From Podarcis cretensis (lineage: Eukaryota), in assembly GCA_951804945.1 (NCBI GenBank), contig OX638149.1:77190001-77254000 (forward strand): a stretch of 64,000 bases of DNA. The letters run 5' to 3'. The position numbers were made by a program, and so were the translations under genes. The notes beneath the pieces are model-generated. The model saw nothing but the letters and a program-made list of their open reading frames with translations, ran no database searches and was not told the origin of the DNA. Shown here in pieces: positions 35,351 to 49,069 of this stretch (position 1 is the stretch's first letter; each line of letters opens with the position of its first letter).

Positions 35351-36269
35351 GTTGAACCCACCAGTTCTTATCAGTCAGGAAATTGCTCCAGGGGACCTCC
35401 GACTTCAATTCTAATCTGATGTTCATGCTTCAACTACACAGTTATCTGCCACAGAATTATTGCCAACTCAGTAGCAGAATGCAGGCGAACCAAAGCCCCC
35501 ATGTGAGAACTCAGAAGTAGGAATCTAGGGCCTGCAAATAGGTTCTGCTCACGGACAATCAGAATTATATGAAAACATTTTATTTGCTGTGAGACAAGTG
35601 TCTTCCGGGATGCAAATAAGGTCTTTAAGATTTATTGAAAAGGTAAGGCAAAAAACAACCACCCCACTATAAAACAACCACCCTCTGGCACAACAACCTG
35701 GCCTTGCGTACGATGTCAATGAAATATCCCAGGAACTTTTTTGAAAATTCCTCATAAATCCAAGCTCTAGTGTTTGTGGGACAATGCAGGTTCACTGAGT
35801 TCATAATGCAAGTTTGCAGTTTGCTTTCATGGCAGATTCTGGAGAAGTATCATTTTCCTGCCTCTTAACCCTCAAGCTTAAAAAACAAAAAGTGGTGGAG
35901 ATGTGCTGTTTTGACCTCACTTGAGATGCAAAACACTAAGGCTGGCACCACCCAGGTCTATGGTGAATTTCTGGCTTGCAGCACCTTCTCTTTGCAACAG
36001 CAACAAAAATAGGTTGAGTTTCCCTCCCGCTTTGTAAGTCTGTGCTATGTTTCTTTGACCCTCCACCTCTTTTGTCATCTGCGCTCTCTGGTTTTATTTA
36101 TTTTCCCTTTTCCCTGTGTTTCTTCCTGTAGCCATATGCTCTTGTTCTGTCTCCTCTCCTGGATGCCATCCCTTTAAAAGGAGGTATTTTCTGCCTTCCT
36201 CCTGATCCTAATGCTAATGATAATAAGCTATCAATGTTGTAATTGCAATGTATGAATTATAGATTTAAG

Positions 36270-36272
<3 letters not shown>

Positions 36273-36312
<40 letters not shown>
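36273..36312. repeat. (TTA)n microsatellite
   Basis: Direct reading. Confidence 0.95.
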
Positions 36313-36618
36313 GTAATTTTACTTCTATGTACGTTGATCTTTGTTTCTCTGTTGTGAGTATATGCAGAACATTTCCATCTCCAACTGCCCTTTTGCCTTC
36401 CCTGACTCCTTGTAGGTAGTGGCTGGTCAGTACTATGGCACACCAGGTTGTTAGATGTTATAAGGAGGAACAGATCAGTTCTTGTGGAGTTTGGAAAGGT
36501 GTGGAGTAGCTATCTCTATTCCACGGAAGTTTCTAGGGAGCAACAGAAGAGTTCCAAAATGATTTCAAATTATTAAAGATACAGAATCAACATATTCCAC
36601 ATTTTCTTCATCCTAGAG

Positions 36619-36754
36619 CAGTGATGGCCAAACTTGGCCCTCCAGCTGCTTTGGGACTACAACTCCTATCATCCCTAGCTAATAGGACCAGTGGTCAGGG
36701 ATGACGGGAATTGTAGTCCCAAAACAGCTGGTGGGCCAAGTTTGGCCATCACTG
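36619..36754. mobile_element. hAT MITE, near-perfect 136-bp palindrome
   Basis: TIR CAGTGATGGCCAAACTTGGCCC...GGGCCAAGTTTGGCCATCACTG with perfect 8-bp TSD TCCTAGAG. Decayed relatives at ~6780-6890, 23913-24030 and 49075-49195. Confidence 0.93.
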
Positions 36755-38634
36755 TCCTAGAGCTTGTCTGCACTGCAAAAAACGTTTCAGTGCAACGTCT
36801 TCCCAAACCCTAACCCCCCCCCACAAGTAGCCCTAAGAATTATAGTGCAATGACCACATTTCAGTAGTCCAGATTTCTCCCTAGAGATATAAAAAAACAA
36901 ACAAGCCTGCATCTGTGCCCGATGATGAAGCATTTTGTTTCCAAATCCTATCATAAAAACTCTGAGTTTGATAGCACTGTGCTCTAGAATTTTCAGCCAC
37001 CTCAAGAAGTGGAATTACGTTGGTCCAAACAGACCGGAAGAGATTTAAATGCTTATGATTTCCTTAGAAGTAAGGACATTTCCACACAGGAATCTTAAAG
37101 GAGTTCTTGCTTCAGTTGCTTTGTTACGCTAACACAAAATTCTCCCTCTTCCACATTAATAGTGATCAGAGATTCATATCACTAATGAGAAAGTTCAAAG
37201 GTGAATTAAGATTAAATTATTACTGAAATTATTGTCCTAGTAAAACTAAAAGCACAATATAATTTATACAAAGTTCCAGGTCATGAACAAGTCTCCAAAA
37301 CACCCCCTGATAAATGGGCTGAGGCCTTTTCCTGTATGAGAAAGAGCTGTCCATGTTCCGTCACAAATTTCTCAAGGAATTTAGGATGACAGAAACTATC
37401 AGGCACAACCCCTGTGTGTTTAGGTATCATCTGGTGACTCATGTCTCAACATTCCTATATTGCTAAACACATTTTCCTTCCCAGCATTGGAAAGAAATGT
37501 CAGTATTACTGAAAACTCCAGTGAACAAAAAGACTTATTTGTCTCCTGTAAAGACACCTCTGTGCCACAGTACTTTCCTAGCCAACCTTGGTAGGAATCA
37601 GTTTAAGGTGAGATTATTAAGAATAGCCATCAAACAGACTATATTTGCAATGCAAAAGACACAAAAGGTGGAGGAAGAGAGGTGCAGAATGAGGTCTTTC
37701 CATTGCAGTATCTTACATTTATTTATTGTTGCTCAGAATTCTTTTGGAAGGAGTAGAGAAACTGAGTTACCTATATTCTCAGGAGGCATACGTAGAATCC
37801 CTTTTTGGTCTCTTGTCTTCAGAGCCATGTTTTTATCCCAGGTCTCCTGTCTTGCAAACATTCACAGACAAAGATTGATTAGGGGCGAGTTGTTGGAACC
37901 CCCTAATCCAGGCGCAGAGCGGAAGGTCTTAGTCTGTGGGGAAATCTTCATACACAAGAAGTGAATAGGTCTCAAACTGAGCAGTTCAGTATCAAAGGTT
38001 GCCCTTGGAAGGCTGGGGAATGAGTTTTGAAGTCCCTGTGCTTTCTAGGATTGAATTCCGAGTACTGTCCAGGGTGGGCTACAAGTTGGGTGGGATGGGG
38101 TGGGGAATAGACTTCTTGCATCTAGTCTGTGAGTTCGTTCCCTCTCTCATGAGTCATGATAACCAAAATGCACCCCCTTCTGCCTGCTAAAGGAATGCTG
38201 ACATTGGATGTTGCCTGGCAGGACTAAGTGGTGCACTCTGCCCCGGCTTTGACTTTATTTATTTATTACTGGAGGCTGTAAACAGCAGTGCTTTTTTACC
38301 CTCTCTTTCTTTTCCTTTCTTTTGTATTTGGGAACAATGTGTTGTAATAAATTCCTAATAGATGTTTTAACAGCCAGTGTCAGTTTTGTTCTTTAATGAT
38401 GTGTGTGTGTGTGTGTGTGTGTGTGTGGAGTGACAAGGGAGGGAGAAAAGGGGGAGGGAGTGATGAGAGCATTCATAGGGGATCACAATAAAGCTGATGG
38501 GAGCAATGGTCAGGTCAGCTAAAACAACAGTATTTTACTGTTCCAACCAAGAAAGCCCACATTCTGCCATAGAACCAGTGCCGGGATGTGAATAGGGACA
38601 GCCTTCCCCAGCCTGATGTCTTCCAGTTATTTTG

Positions 38635-38747
38635 GATAGCTCCGTTGGTAGAGTATGAGACACTCAGTCTTGGGGTCTTCTGCATTGCAGGGGGTTGGAC
38701 TAGATGATCCTCGTGGTCCCTTCCAAGTCTTCAATTCTGTTATTCTG
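38635..38747 (+). mobile_element. Short tRNA-head/CR1-tail SINE (Squam2-like)
   Basis: TAGCTCCGTTGGTAGAG head and GGGTTGGACTAGATGATCCTCGTGGTCCCTTCCAA...TTCTGTTATTCTG CR1-type tail. Confidence 0.7.
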
Positions 38748-38832
38748 CATCTCCCATCAGCCCCACCCAGTTGGCAAAGGCTGGAATAGGGATGCTTGAG
38801 AAATGCAATCTCTGGAGATTTCTATATGACAC

Positions 38833-39240
38833 TGTTTTAGAAATTCCCAGGGGACCCCATTTAAGAGGTAGACATACAGGAAGACTCAGGAAATCACCTC
38901 AAGACACTTTATCTCTGATCTAAAAGGCTCCCAGCAGACACACAAATGAAGGCCAGGACACACATAATGGTCAGGCTGGAAGCCCCTAGCAAAGATTAAG
39001 CAATGGTCTTTATAGGGTAGGATAAGTTACGTTTAGGCTTTGTCCAGACTGAGCATGCCCATTCCAGAACCTTCTAACTAGCTCAAATACTGACCAATCA
39101 TAAAACTTCGCCCCATATATCAGAACCAATTACAGAACATCAACCCACTTAACATAGCACCACACCTAGAATGTTCCCCCCAACTCCACTTCCCATCCAA
39201 GTTCACACAAAGTTTACCTAAAAAGAGACTTGTCTTAACA
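38833..39240 (-). mobile_element. Possible solo LTR
   Basis: Begins TG and ends CA with similar termini (TGTTTTAGA / TGTCTTAACA). TATA-like and CCAAT motifs are present. No TSD found. Confidence 0.3.
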
Positions 39241-40882
39241 GTAGAAAAAGCCATTTCCCCACCCCCACCCCCTTACACAAAACCAGATCTGCACCTCCCA
39301 GACTTCTCTGAATTTCGTGACAGTTTGCCACCATTTCAGTGGCAACAACCTGCTGCATAATGGTGGGATGGAAGTTGCCCCGCAGGCTGAAGGTTTTGTA
39401 CCTGCGCAGCTGGGGATGGTTACAAACATGTAGGAAGAAAGCATGATGAATTCTATATTGGTATGGTACACTGAGCTATAGGCAGGTACAAGTTAGGGAA
39501 CGCATTGAAGCTTAGAAGAGGAAATTGGTTCTTAGAACTATCCAGATAAATATTTAAAGTGCTATATTTAAAAAGAAACCCATGTCCACAAACAAAAACG
39601 GGTAAGATTGAAAACAAAAGAATACAAATGCACGATGGCTTAAATGCTAACTAGAGATAACTGGTGAATAAGGAGGCATGGACCAATTATTTATTTATTA
39701 GCTATAAATATTTATGCCTCACCTTTCCGTGAATCATGCCCAAGGCAGCCAAAAGCAGCAGTAGATACAAAAAATCAATAAAACAATTATGGTTGTATCA
39801 GGACGGGATGATGGAGTTAACCAGAAGGCATTGCCCACTTTTAAGTGTGTGAGAGATCCACATAAAAACACCCAGACAGAAGTTCCCTTAATTCGAATAA
39901 ATTTAAAGGAGCTGACACAAAATTACAGTGAAAAAATAGTTTTGAGACCTGACATTCGCCATATGTTTGGTCCCAATATTCGGAAAGGTTTCCATATCCA
40001 CCTAAAATAAGTTTGTTTTAGTGGCTCTAAAACAGAGGTGGCTGTCCTGTGGCTGTCAGGTGTTATTGGCTTCCATCAGCCTCAGTCATGTGTATTGAGA
40101 AAATTAAATTGGATTTTATCTATATAAGCATACAAAGAAAATAAAATTGGTTCCAGAGACTAATAGACACAACAAAAATCACTCAGGAATTACTTTCCAC
40201 AGAGCACGTTTTTTTGTTACCATAAGCCTAACTTTGCTTTACTGTAATTACCACAAGGTCTAAGCACTGAAGATTCAGACTGTCCTTTAACTCCCTCAAA
40301 ATCTGCACTGGCACAAAATGCAGAACGTATACATTGGATAATAATCCCAAAGTGTCTCGAAAATATCCTATTGCATTCCACAGTGACACTGAGTTATCCC
40401 CCAGTCACCGTGATAAGATGCCATTAATAAGCCTACTTCCCTATTGCATTGTGGGCTAGTCTCAGGAGAGACAAAGGATAAGAGTTCCTGTAGACTAAAA
40501 AAATTAAGAAATGGACTCTGTTAGTCTACACACCTTCTGTTAAACCTCTGCAGTCAAACCAACTGCAGATGTCTTGGCAGCTGCCCTTCCTCTAGGTTCA
40601 ACCTGGGTGGTCAAGAAGGGGAATCTTGTTCCATAGCCAGTTTGTGTCTGTCACATGGCCCAGGCTTTTTCATCACATTGGACAAATGATTGCACTTGTG
40701 CTAGCTCCAGTCCAACACTACTATCATGATACCCATCTCCGGTATAACAGTAGGGGCCAAGGAATAGCACAGATTGAGAGGGGGAACTGAACTTGTTCTC
40801 TTTGCAAAAGGGCCTGAGGAGCTTTGCACTTCATCAATGGACACCAGGAGCACACAAATTTCACAGAGCTAAGAAGGGAAAT

Positions 40883-41241
40883 GGGGAAGCAGGTGGCGCT
40901 GTGGGTTAAAGCCTCAGCGCCTAGGACTTGCCGATCGAAAGGTCGGCGGTTCGAATCCCTGCGGCGGGGTGCGCTCCCGCTGCTCGGTCCCAGCGCCTGC
41001 CAACCTAGCAGTTCGAAAGCACCTCCAGGTGCAAGTAGATAAATAGGGACCGCTTACCAGCGGGAAGGTAAACAGCGTTTCTGTGTGCGGCTCTGGCTCG
41101 CCAGAGCAGCGATGTCACGCTGGCCACGTGACCCGGAAGTGTCTCCGGACAGCGCTGGCCCCTGGCCTCTTAAGTGAGATGGGCGCACAACCCCAGAGTC
41201 TGTCAAGACTGGCCCGTACGGGCAGGGGTACCTTTACCTTT
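40883..41241 (+). mobile_element. Sauria SINE, full length, young
   Basis: Same sequence as the 16794 copy. 13-bp TSD TAAGAAGGGAAAT. Confidence 0.93.
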
Positions 41242-42726
41242 AAGAAGGGAAATTGGCAGAAAGTTCATGAAAGAACAGCACATTGCTATGGGCAGGGTGT
41301 ACGCCATTTCTGGTGTATTGCATTTTTGTGGCAAGAGGATTGCAAGACTCAGTAAGTGTTCTCCAGCTGCAATGGTAGAGCAAGAAGGAAGACATTTCTT
41401 CAAAGTCTGTGTAAATAAATAAAACCAAAACACTTTGTGAAATGGCACAGGCATAGACAAAGTGTAGTCATTAGTCATGCTGTTGTGGGCAGTGTTCAAT
41501 AGGTGGCCCTGACACTTGCAGAGCCATGAGCCATGTTCCACATTCCACACTGCACCACACCCAGGGACAAAATCCTGCAGTTTGAGAACACTTGAGAAAT
41601 TTAACAAAATCAGAAACGGAACTGCTAGTTCTAGCAAGGACAATCAAAACTCGCTGCAGCAAATCAGCGGCTACTTTGTATTTATTCCCTTTTAAAAAAA
41701 CAAATCCCAAAGACTGACCTGTGAACACATTCACATTGCTACTGTGTGTAACAAAAATAGATCCCACTGGAAAATGGATCGTTGATCGTCTTCAGAAATC
41801 CCTAGACAGCTGTGCTTAAAGAATGCTGCAAGTGGATTTTCGCAGAGCAGTGACAAAGGCAGCCTCCTGTGTAGCAGATCTTCAAAAGGTTGGTAATCTT
41901 GGAATGGCTGGCTGCAATGCATCAAAGGCCTTTGATTAATGGCCTTAGATTCTGCATAAGGGGTGGGCAACTTGCCTGCCAACGTGCTGATCCCAACTCC
42001 ACCTCTGGCAAGAATTGAGCTAGTGCCCTTATGCAGCTTTGAAGGGGAGCCTGGCTCAGGCAGAGATCTGGGTTGCTGCCCGAGTCTCCCCCCACCCATT
42101 AAATTATTTCCAAGCATTGCTAGTACTGCTAGTTTGTTAACCAGCTACAGTACTTGGCAAAGGAGGCCTTGCAACGCTCTCCCCTGCCTATTTATGCAGA
42201 CTTTGTGACAAATATATAGCAGTGAGGAATCCAAAGGTTCTGCAGCATAATGAAGTGGCAAGAGGTGACCAATCTAGGTCACCTATTTTATTGTCATGAA
42301 CCTTTGAGCTGCATGTATTTCTAAAAGATTTGTGGACCTCCCTTTTGGAATTCAGCCCATAGCAAGAGCCTCTGAAATGTATTCAGTCTGAGCATGCTTC
42401 CTCAGGCAGAAATACCACTGAATTCATTGGGGCTTACTCCCAAGCAAAAGCGCATAGGATCACAGTCTTCATATGTTTTCCTCTCTGTTCAAAAATCCTG
42501 TTTGGCCTCTTCCCAAACCCAACTTGTATACTATATATATATGTATAGCAATTTAAGCCTCATGGTTGATTCTATAATTTATAATTAAGTTTATCCTTCC
42601 TTGACTCTGCTGGGCAATACTTCATGGGGACAAAGCAGAGTGGTGCTCAGTCTGGGCACACAGAACAGCAAGCAATCAACATGGTAAAACCACACCAACA
42701 TGGTATCCACAGGGGATATGATTTCC

Positions 42727-43004
42727 GAAGAAGAAGAGGAGGAGGGGGAGGAGGAGGAGGAGGAGGAGTTTGGATTTGATATCCCGCTTTATCACTACCC
42801 TAAGGAGTCTCAAAGCGGCTAACAATCTCCTTTCCCTTCCTCCCCCACAACAAACACTCTGTGAGGTGAGTGGGGCTGAGAGACTTCAAAGAAGTGTGAC
42901 TAGCCCAAGGTCACCCAGCAGCTGCATGTGGAGGAGCGGAGACACGAACCCGGTTCCCCAGATTACAAGACTACTGCTCTTAACCACTACACCACACTGG
43001 CTCT
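42727..43004 (-). mobile_element. Squam3-type tRNA/CORE SINE
   Basis: Homologous to 19829-20082, with the tail expanded to (CCT)n(CTT)n. Confidence 0.85.
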
Positions 43005-44136
43005 GAATGCTCCCCCATGCAAACAGAAAGCTAGCACATCCAGGACAAAGATTCTTGGCCAGCTCCTTCCCTGCTTTTGTTACACTTGATTAGATCAATG
43101 TCATAATTGAATTCAGTTTTCCGCACTGCACCAAGAAGCAGGATCCACCAGAACCACAACATCAGTCTCTAGTCTCGTAATCTAATCAAGGAATACTCTG
43201 AAGCTCTAATATAGATCGTTTGACCTTTCTATAACATAATCAGCTTGCAAAGCAAACCCCATGATAGCTATTGTTTTCCCATTGCATAGAAAAGTAACAA
43301 TTTTTAGTAACCCCTTTATATACATTTTCAATATACTGGGAAAAGCAGCCTATCGTGAGCCATCAGGACAAGGTAGGATACGACTTCATAAATGAATGTG
43401 GGGAAAGCCTCCTTCAGGTGGCAGTGGTAGCAGCATTTATTGCATGAGAAATACTGGAACATCCTTTTTCCAGTACTCAGGCTTTTATTGACTCGGAGCG
43501 GCTGCCAAACCTATAAATAAATGTTCTCATGCTAAATATAGAAGCTACTGAAACAGGCTGCAGTCTATTTATTTAGCTTGGTGCCTCCATGAGAGGCTGC
43601 CAATATCCAATCTATCACTGCTTTATCCCCATCGTGCTGTGACCACCCATGGAGGGCAGCAGGCCAAGGCACCGCAGTGCATCAGCGGAAGGAGGTTGCA
43701 TTGCTGAACCTCTGCACATAAACTGACCCCTCAAGGTGCAATCTTCATGAGCCCTTGCCCCACAACGAGAGGGGGGCTTTTCCATCTTGTTCAGGGCAGT
43801 AATAGGCAATCTGTGACACAGGTGCTTGCTTGTGGCATCTGCATACCTCCAGCAGTCCTCTATAGGGCATTGAGAATTTATTTGTTTAGTTATTGGTTCA
43901 AAAAAACCCTGAGATCCTGCCCTTTGTCCTAAAACCCCAGGGTGGGTTACAGCAATGCCTGTCAACTTCTTACTAACTCTGATAGAGGCAACCTAGCCTT
44001 AATTCTCCCAAATCCTGGCAGCTTCAGTTGCATATTATGGAAATTGCTCCCTAATTATGCAAATAGAGCCTATTAACTTCGAACATTTTCTATCAATTGC
44101 TTTGCGTTTGCTCCTGGCATATAAAACCACACACAG

Positions 44137-44137
<1 letters not shown>

Positions 44138-44179
<42 letters not shown>
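44138..44179. repeat. (CA)n microsatellite
   Basis: Direct reading. Similar CA/GT tracts at ~4339-4363, 38400-38426 and 50425-50462. Confidence 0.95.
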
Positions 44180-44181
<2 letters not shown>

Positions 44182-44717
44182 TAAATATATATGAGGGGAG
44201 AGAGCCAAGGTAAGAATGTGTACCTGTTTTGCTCTGGTCATGAATGAGTGGCCTTTAAAGGAAAATTCTGCCTGCTCTTCACTCCGGTCTGATAGCACAA
44301 CAAAGCATGTTGGGAGATGTATGGGCAGCAGTGGCTGGTGCCCATTGGAGCTGGTGGCACAGAAGGTAAGCAGGAAGGTGGGCAGGAAGTGGAGCTAGAG
44401 CCAGTGACAGGCAGAGCCAACAAATGCTGGTTTTGTCCCCATCCTCTTCCCAGCTCAGTTCTGCATGGGACTAAGGAGCAGGAAATTGACAGCTAGTGCT
44501 TCCCCTGTAGCATGAAAGAAGGCAGGGCAGATGAGGGCTGGCTGAGGTTGGTGGGGCAGCTCTCATGAGTCAGCTTCCATTGAGTCCTGTATGGGAGGCT
44601 GGTGGGCCCTTCTGACCTGTAATACGCGGCTCGGTATGAGAGGGAATGTCTTGTTTTTCTCCCAGATCTTGAACTCATGGCAGCTGAATACTAAAGGCAA
44701 AACCCCTCCGTTGATTC

Positions 44718-45060
44718 ATAAAGCAATAAAATAACAATAAAATCCAAAACAGTATGGATCAAAAATCCAACAACTACACTCAAATCCACCTACATGTATG
44801 TGAGAGTTGGGACCATCTTACACAAGCTAAGAACATAGCAGCTAAGAGCAACACAGCCGCAAGACAAGCAGAGAAAATATCCAGTAATGCTAATTAGGAA
44901 TGAGAGGATGCTAAAAGAATGTTGAAAGTCCTGGGAGAACAGAAAAGTCTTTGCTTGGCACTGAAAATACCAACGTTGGCACCAGGCAAGCAGGCGCTGT
45001 AGAAAGAACATCCCATAATGGGGCAGGGAGGGGCACTGATGAGGAAGCCATCTTCTTTGC
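44718..45060 (-). mobile_element. L2 LINE 3'-end fragment
   Basis: Minus strand has CCAAGCAAAGACTTTTCTGTTCTCCCAGG followed by a T-rich tail, as I recall for squamate L2 3' ends. Confidence 0.45.
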
Positions 45061-48000
45061 CATAAAGGCCACCCAAAAGTCTCGGTTCTTATCTCCTTTT
45101 TGAGGTTGGGTGCCAATGTGAACCCACTTCCCTTCACTTAAAATGTGCTTCTCCTGACACATTACTCCTTACAGAATTGTCACATTCTGTGCCAAAACGC
45201 CAACACTTCTTCCAGAATTAATAATTCAAAGTGTAGAACACTGATGCAAAGCAGGCATTTTGTCATGGGTAGAACACAGATTTATGCAATCTATGTGCAC
45301 AATTGGAAGTAAGTTCTCTGGTGCAATTTTCCTAGCTTTGTGGCACTTGGTGTTTTGAACATAATTATGTAACTGCTATTCCCCCATCCTCCATTCATAA
45401 TACAGGTTACCTACTGAGACACTCATGCTTCCAGGAGGTACCTTATGTCTCAGTAGTGGTGCATGTATTGCTTCACATTCAGAAGGCCTCACATTTACCC
45501 TTCTTTTCTTCGGCTTAAAGGGTCTCAATATCAGAGTCCTTTCTTTGAGGAGTCACGGGCAGACGATGTGCAACTTGAATTCTCCTGTGCAGCTTCAAGG
45601 GTGCAATTTGGAAGAAAACCAGCATGAAAACCTCTTTCAATGTCAGAACACTAGCAGAACACCTGCTATCACCTGCAAGTATGCTCCATGCACCTGAAAC
45701 TTAGAAAACCCACACTTGCCAGTTCTTGGGCATTGCCATTTTACAGAGTACTTTGACTTAGCTTGTAAGTCTCACTATAAAGTGATGAGGGCAAAGGCTT
45801 CAGGGATCACAGACTCGGGTGGGGGGTACAATTCTGTGGTGTCAATAGGATCATTCAGACCTCTGGTGGAACAGAGAGGAACAGGATGCACTCTGGATTT
45901 GCCCCAGATGGAGTACATGCTATTTACAAACTGGCTTCTGCCATCCCATCTGAAGTGCCCAGAACCCCGTGCATGAGCTGGTTGAGAGGGGCTTGAACTT
46001 CTGGACTGCAACTGGAAGAACTGCAAACGGGGCAGCCTGTTCTTTCCGTAAGCATCCTGAGGAGGCAATCAACGTATATCATGGAAACAAGCAGACTTCC
46101 TATGGGGAGATCGAAGTGGCAGACGGAAGACCAGGAAAGGAAGAAGAGGTTAGATGGTCATAAAACAAAAGAAAGCATGGAGTTGTTTCAAACCTGGAGA
46201 CCAGCTTCCCACACCTATGATCCTTCAACCTGTTTATTCCCTGTGAGGCATCTGTTGGGAACAGACTGCGATTGAGAATAGCCATGTTGAGGCTCCAGCA
46301 TGGGTCTGCTTCCTCAGTGACTCAGAGCTGGCCGGCCATGGCATTACTCAAAAGTGCCCATTACTCATCAGTCTAGGCTGCCCTAGGATGGAGCCAAGGC
46401 TCTCTTTCCAAGATGCATGCTGTTCTTTTCTTTTTCTTTTTCTTTATTTTCATAATGCTTTCTGTTAGCAGCTTCAGTCCAATACTGTATAGGTTCCAAA
46501 TATCTACATGCAATCCTTTTTCTGTGTACCATGTTGAACGCTGCTGGGACAAAATTATGTGCAAAGTTATTTATTGGGCATAAGGATTAAAGGTATATAC
46601 ACATTTTAAATGGACGCATGCACCGACTCCACACAAAAAATTCCAATCCTTTCAGAACTGAATGTTTGTGTATGGAGCAGGGGCAGAGGCAGGGGGGAGA
46701 GATTAAATAATACATGACCATTTTTCCAAATCATCGTAACAAGCATGCCATGAGTGAATTTTAGCCATTCTATGGGACTCCCACGATCACTTTTTCAATA
46801 TAATGTCTTCTGATATTGAAAAAGGCTTTGTGTCCACCTAAACACTGATGTATGGGCCAATTTTTTGTCTGACTTTATAACTCAGCAGTCCCTACATAAT
46901 TACTTGGGTTCCAGATTTTCAGAACATGTCAGTCACATGTGTTAATGAAGGATTAAGTCTTCTAGAAAAAGGTGTGCATAACTACTGTATCAATTTTGAC
47001 ATCCAAAGGTCAGAACTCTCAGTTGATAACACCACTCTGCTTCGTTTTGCAGCAGATGGAATCTGTGGTTTCAAAAGTATGCAGGATTTTTACACACATA
47101 CACCCCCTAAGAAAACACCAAAGCCCCAGCTCTAGTTGTTTTATTTTTATTTATTTATTTATTTATTTGGTTATTATTATTGCAGGTAGAAAAAAGCAAA
47201 TGGGCCTGCCGGCAGACTCGTTTATCTTCCAAGGCTCCTCCATGATGTGTGGCTGAACGAGGCGCAAACGCTTTGGCTCCTGCCTGCACTGCACTGAAGT
47301 CATTGCCAGCCTCCTTCCAGCAAAGACAGATGACATCAGCGTAATGGGTCTGTGCCATGTAAACAGAACTGTACAGCCAATGCAAATGAAGCCGAAGGAA
47401 CTTTGGTCCCACACACACACAAAAATCTCCAATTCTAATCACCAGTATTACATTATTTACAGCCCTGCCACCCAGACCTCTTTATTCCGGACCTGGCAGA
47501 TAGGGTTGGCTGCCAGGTACTGATTGGCTCTAGGGACTACCTTGTGAGCAGAACTTCTTTGTGTAATAAGAGGTAGCAGAGATTTTTTTCAGAGGCTGTC
47601 AAAGTCTTTTTAAAGTCCTGAGTATTGATTTTGATAAATTATAATGTCATTACAGTTATCACACTTGAATTCTGACCCTCCACTCCCTTTTGTAATTTAT
47701 AAAGATTAAAAGTGCACCTATAGGAGCCATATTCACTCCTAATCAACACCCATTGTTCACTCCCCATTGCCAGGGGGCTAACAGATTTTTAACCACAGCT
47801 CCTGACCTCATTGGCTACTACAGTAGCTGGGATGAACTAGCCAGGCATAGAAATTTAGAGCCAGATAATGAGGGGAGCCCACTCACTGAACTACCGGGAG
47901 CCTCTGCTGGCAAAGCATCAAGGCAAGTTAAGCAGATGAGTGAGTTTGGCAGGAGGAGGAGGAGGCCAGGGCACCACACTCTGCCTTCCTTTCCTTGACC

Positions 48001-48822
48001 TAAAGAAAACCCAAACTCTCGATAAAGTAACTAAAACTTCAAAAACAATTATGCAAGGAAAATGCCAGCAGGAGTGTGGGGCAATGAGTCCAGTCTTGTA
48101 GGCTTGATTTGATCATTATTTGGTCACATATTGTGGAGGCTTTCCATAGCCTATTCAATTCCTAATGGCTTTCAGGATGTGCATTCACAATCTGCACTTG
48201 GACGTAGGAAGATGGAAAGCTGCCTCACACTGCGTCAGACCCTTGGTCTGTCCAGTTCAGTATTGTCCATACTGGTTGGCCATAGCTCTCCAAGGTTTCA
48301 GGTACAGCATATTCCCAGCACTTCTGCATCTACCATTGAGCTATGGTCCATTCCCTAACTTGGTTTCTAGAAGGAAAGGCATCTGCGTGCTATCATTTTA
48401 AGATCTGCAGGTTTTGTTTTATAATTTAAAACATTTATTTATTTAAATAATTCATAAACCTGTAACACTAGCAAACAGATATATCTGCAGTAATCTAATT
48501 CTAGTTGTACTTTCACCAACACACACACACTTTTAAAATTTGTAATCACTGAAGTTAGTAGTACCTCATAACAAACATTACCACAATATCCCTGTGGATG
48601 GTAAACAGATTTTCAGTTAGATTTGTGCTAAGTCAATTCTCATTATTGACACAGGCCTGGAAATTGCTGGTCTATGGCTGTTTTGTTTTGTTTCTCCTGA
48701 GATGCATGCAGGAGTGGTAAAAGCCTCCAAACAGCTAACACAGACTTAAGAGGTCCTTCAGCACCCTTCCCCTATACTAAAAAGGTAAAGGACCCCTGGA
48801 TGGTTAAGTCCAATCCCTTATA

Positions 48823-49069
48823 CAGTGGTACCTCGGGTTACATACGCTTCAGGTTACAGACTCCGCTAACCCAGAAATAGTACCTTGGGGCTAAGAACCC
48901 TTACCTTGGGTTAAGAACTTTGCTTCAGGATGAGAACAGAAATCGTGCTCCGGTGGTGCGGCGGCAGCAGGTGGCCCCATTACCTAAAGTGATGCTTCAG
49001 GTTAAGAACAGTTTCAGGTTAAGAACGGACCTCCGGAACGAATTAAGTACTTAACCCGAGGTACTACTG
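48823..49069. mobile_element. Tc1/mariner MITE, family A copy 3
   Basis: Same TIRs, TA TSD at 48821-22 and 49070-71. Confidence 0.92.
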
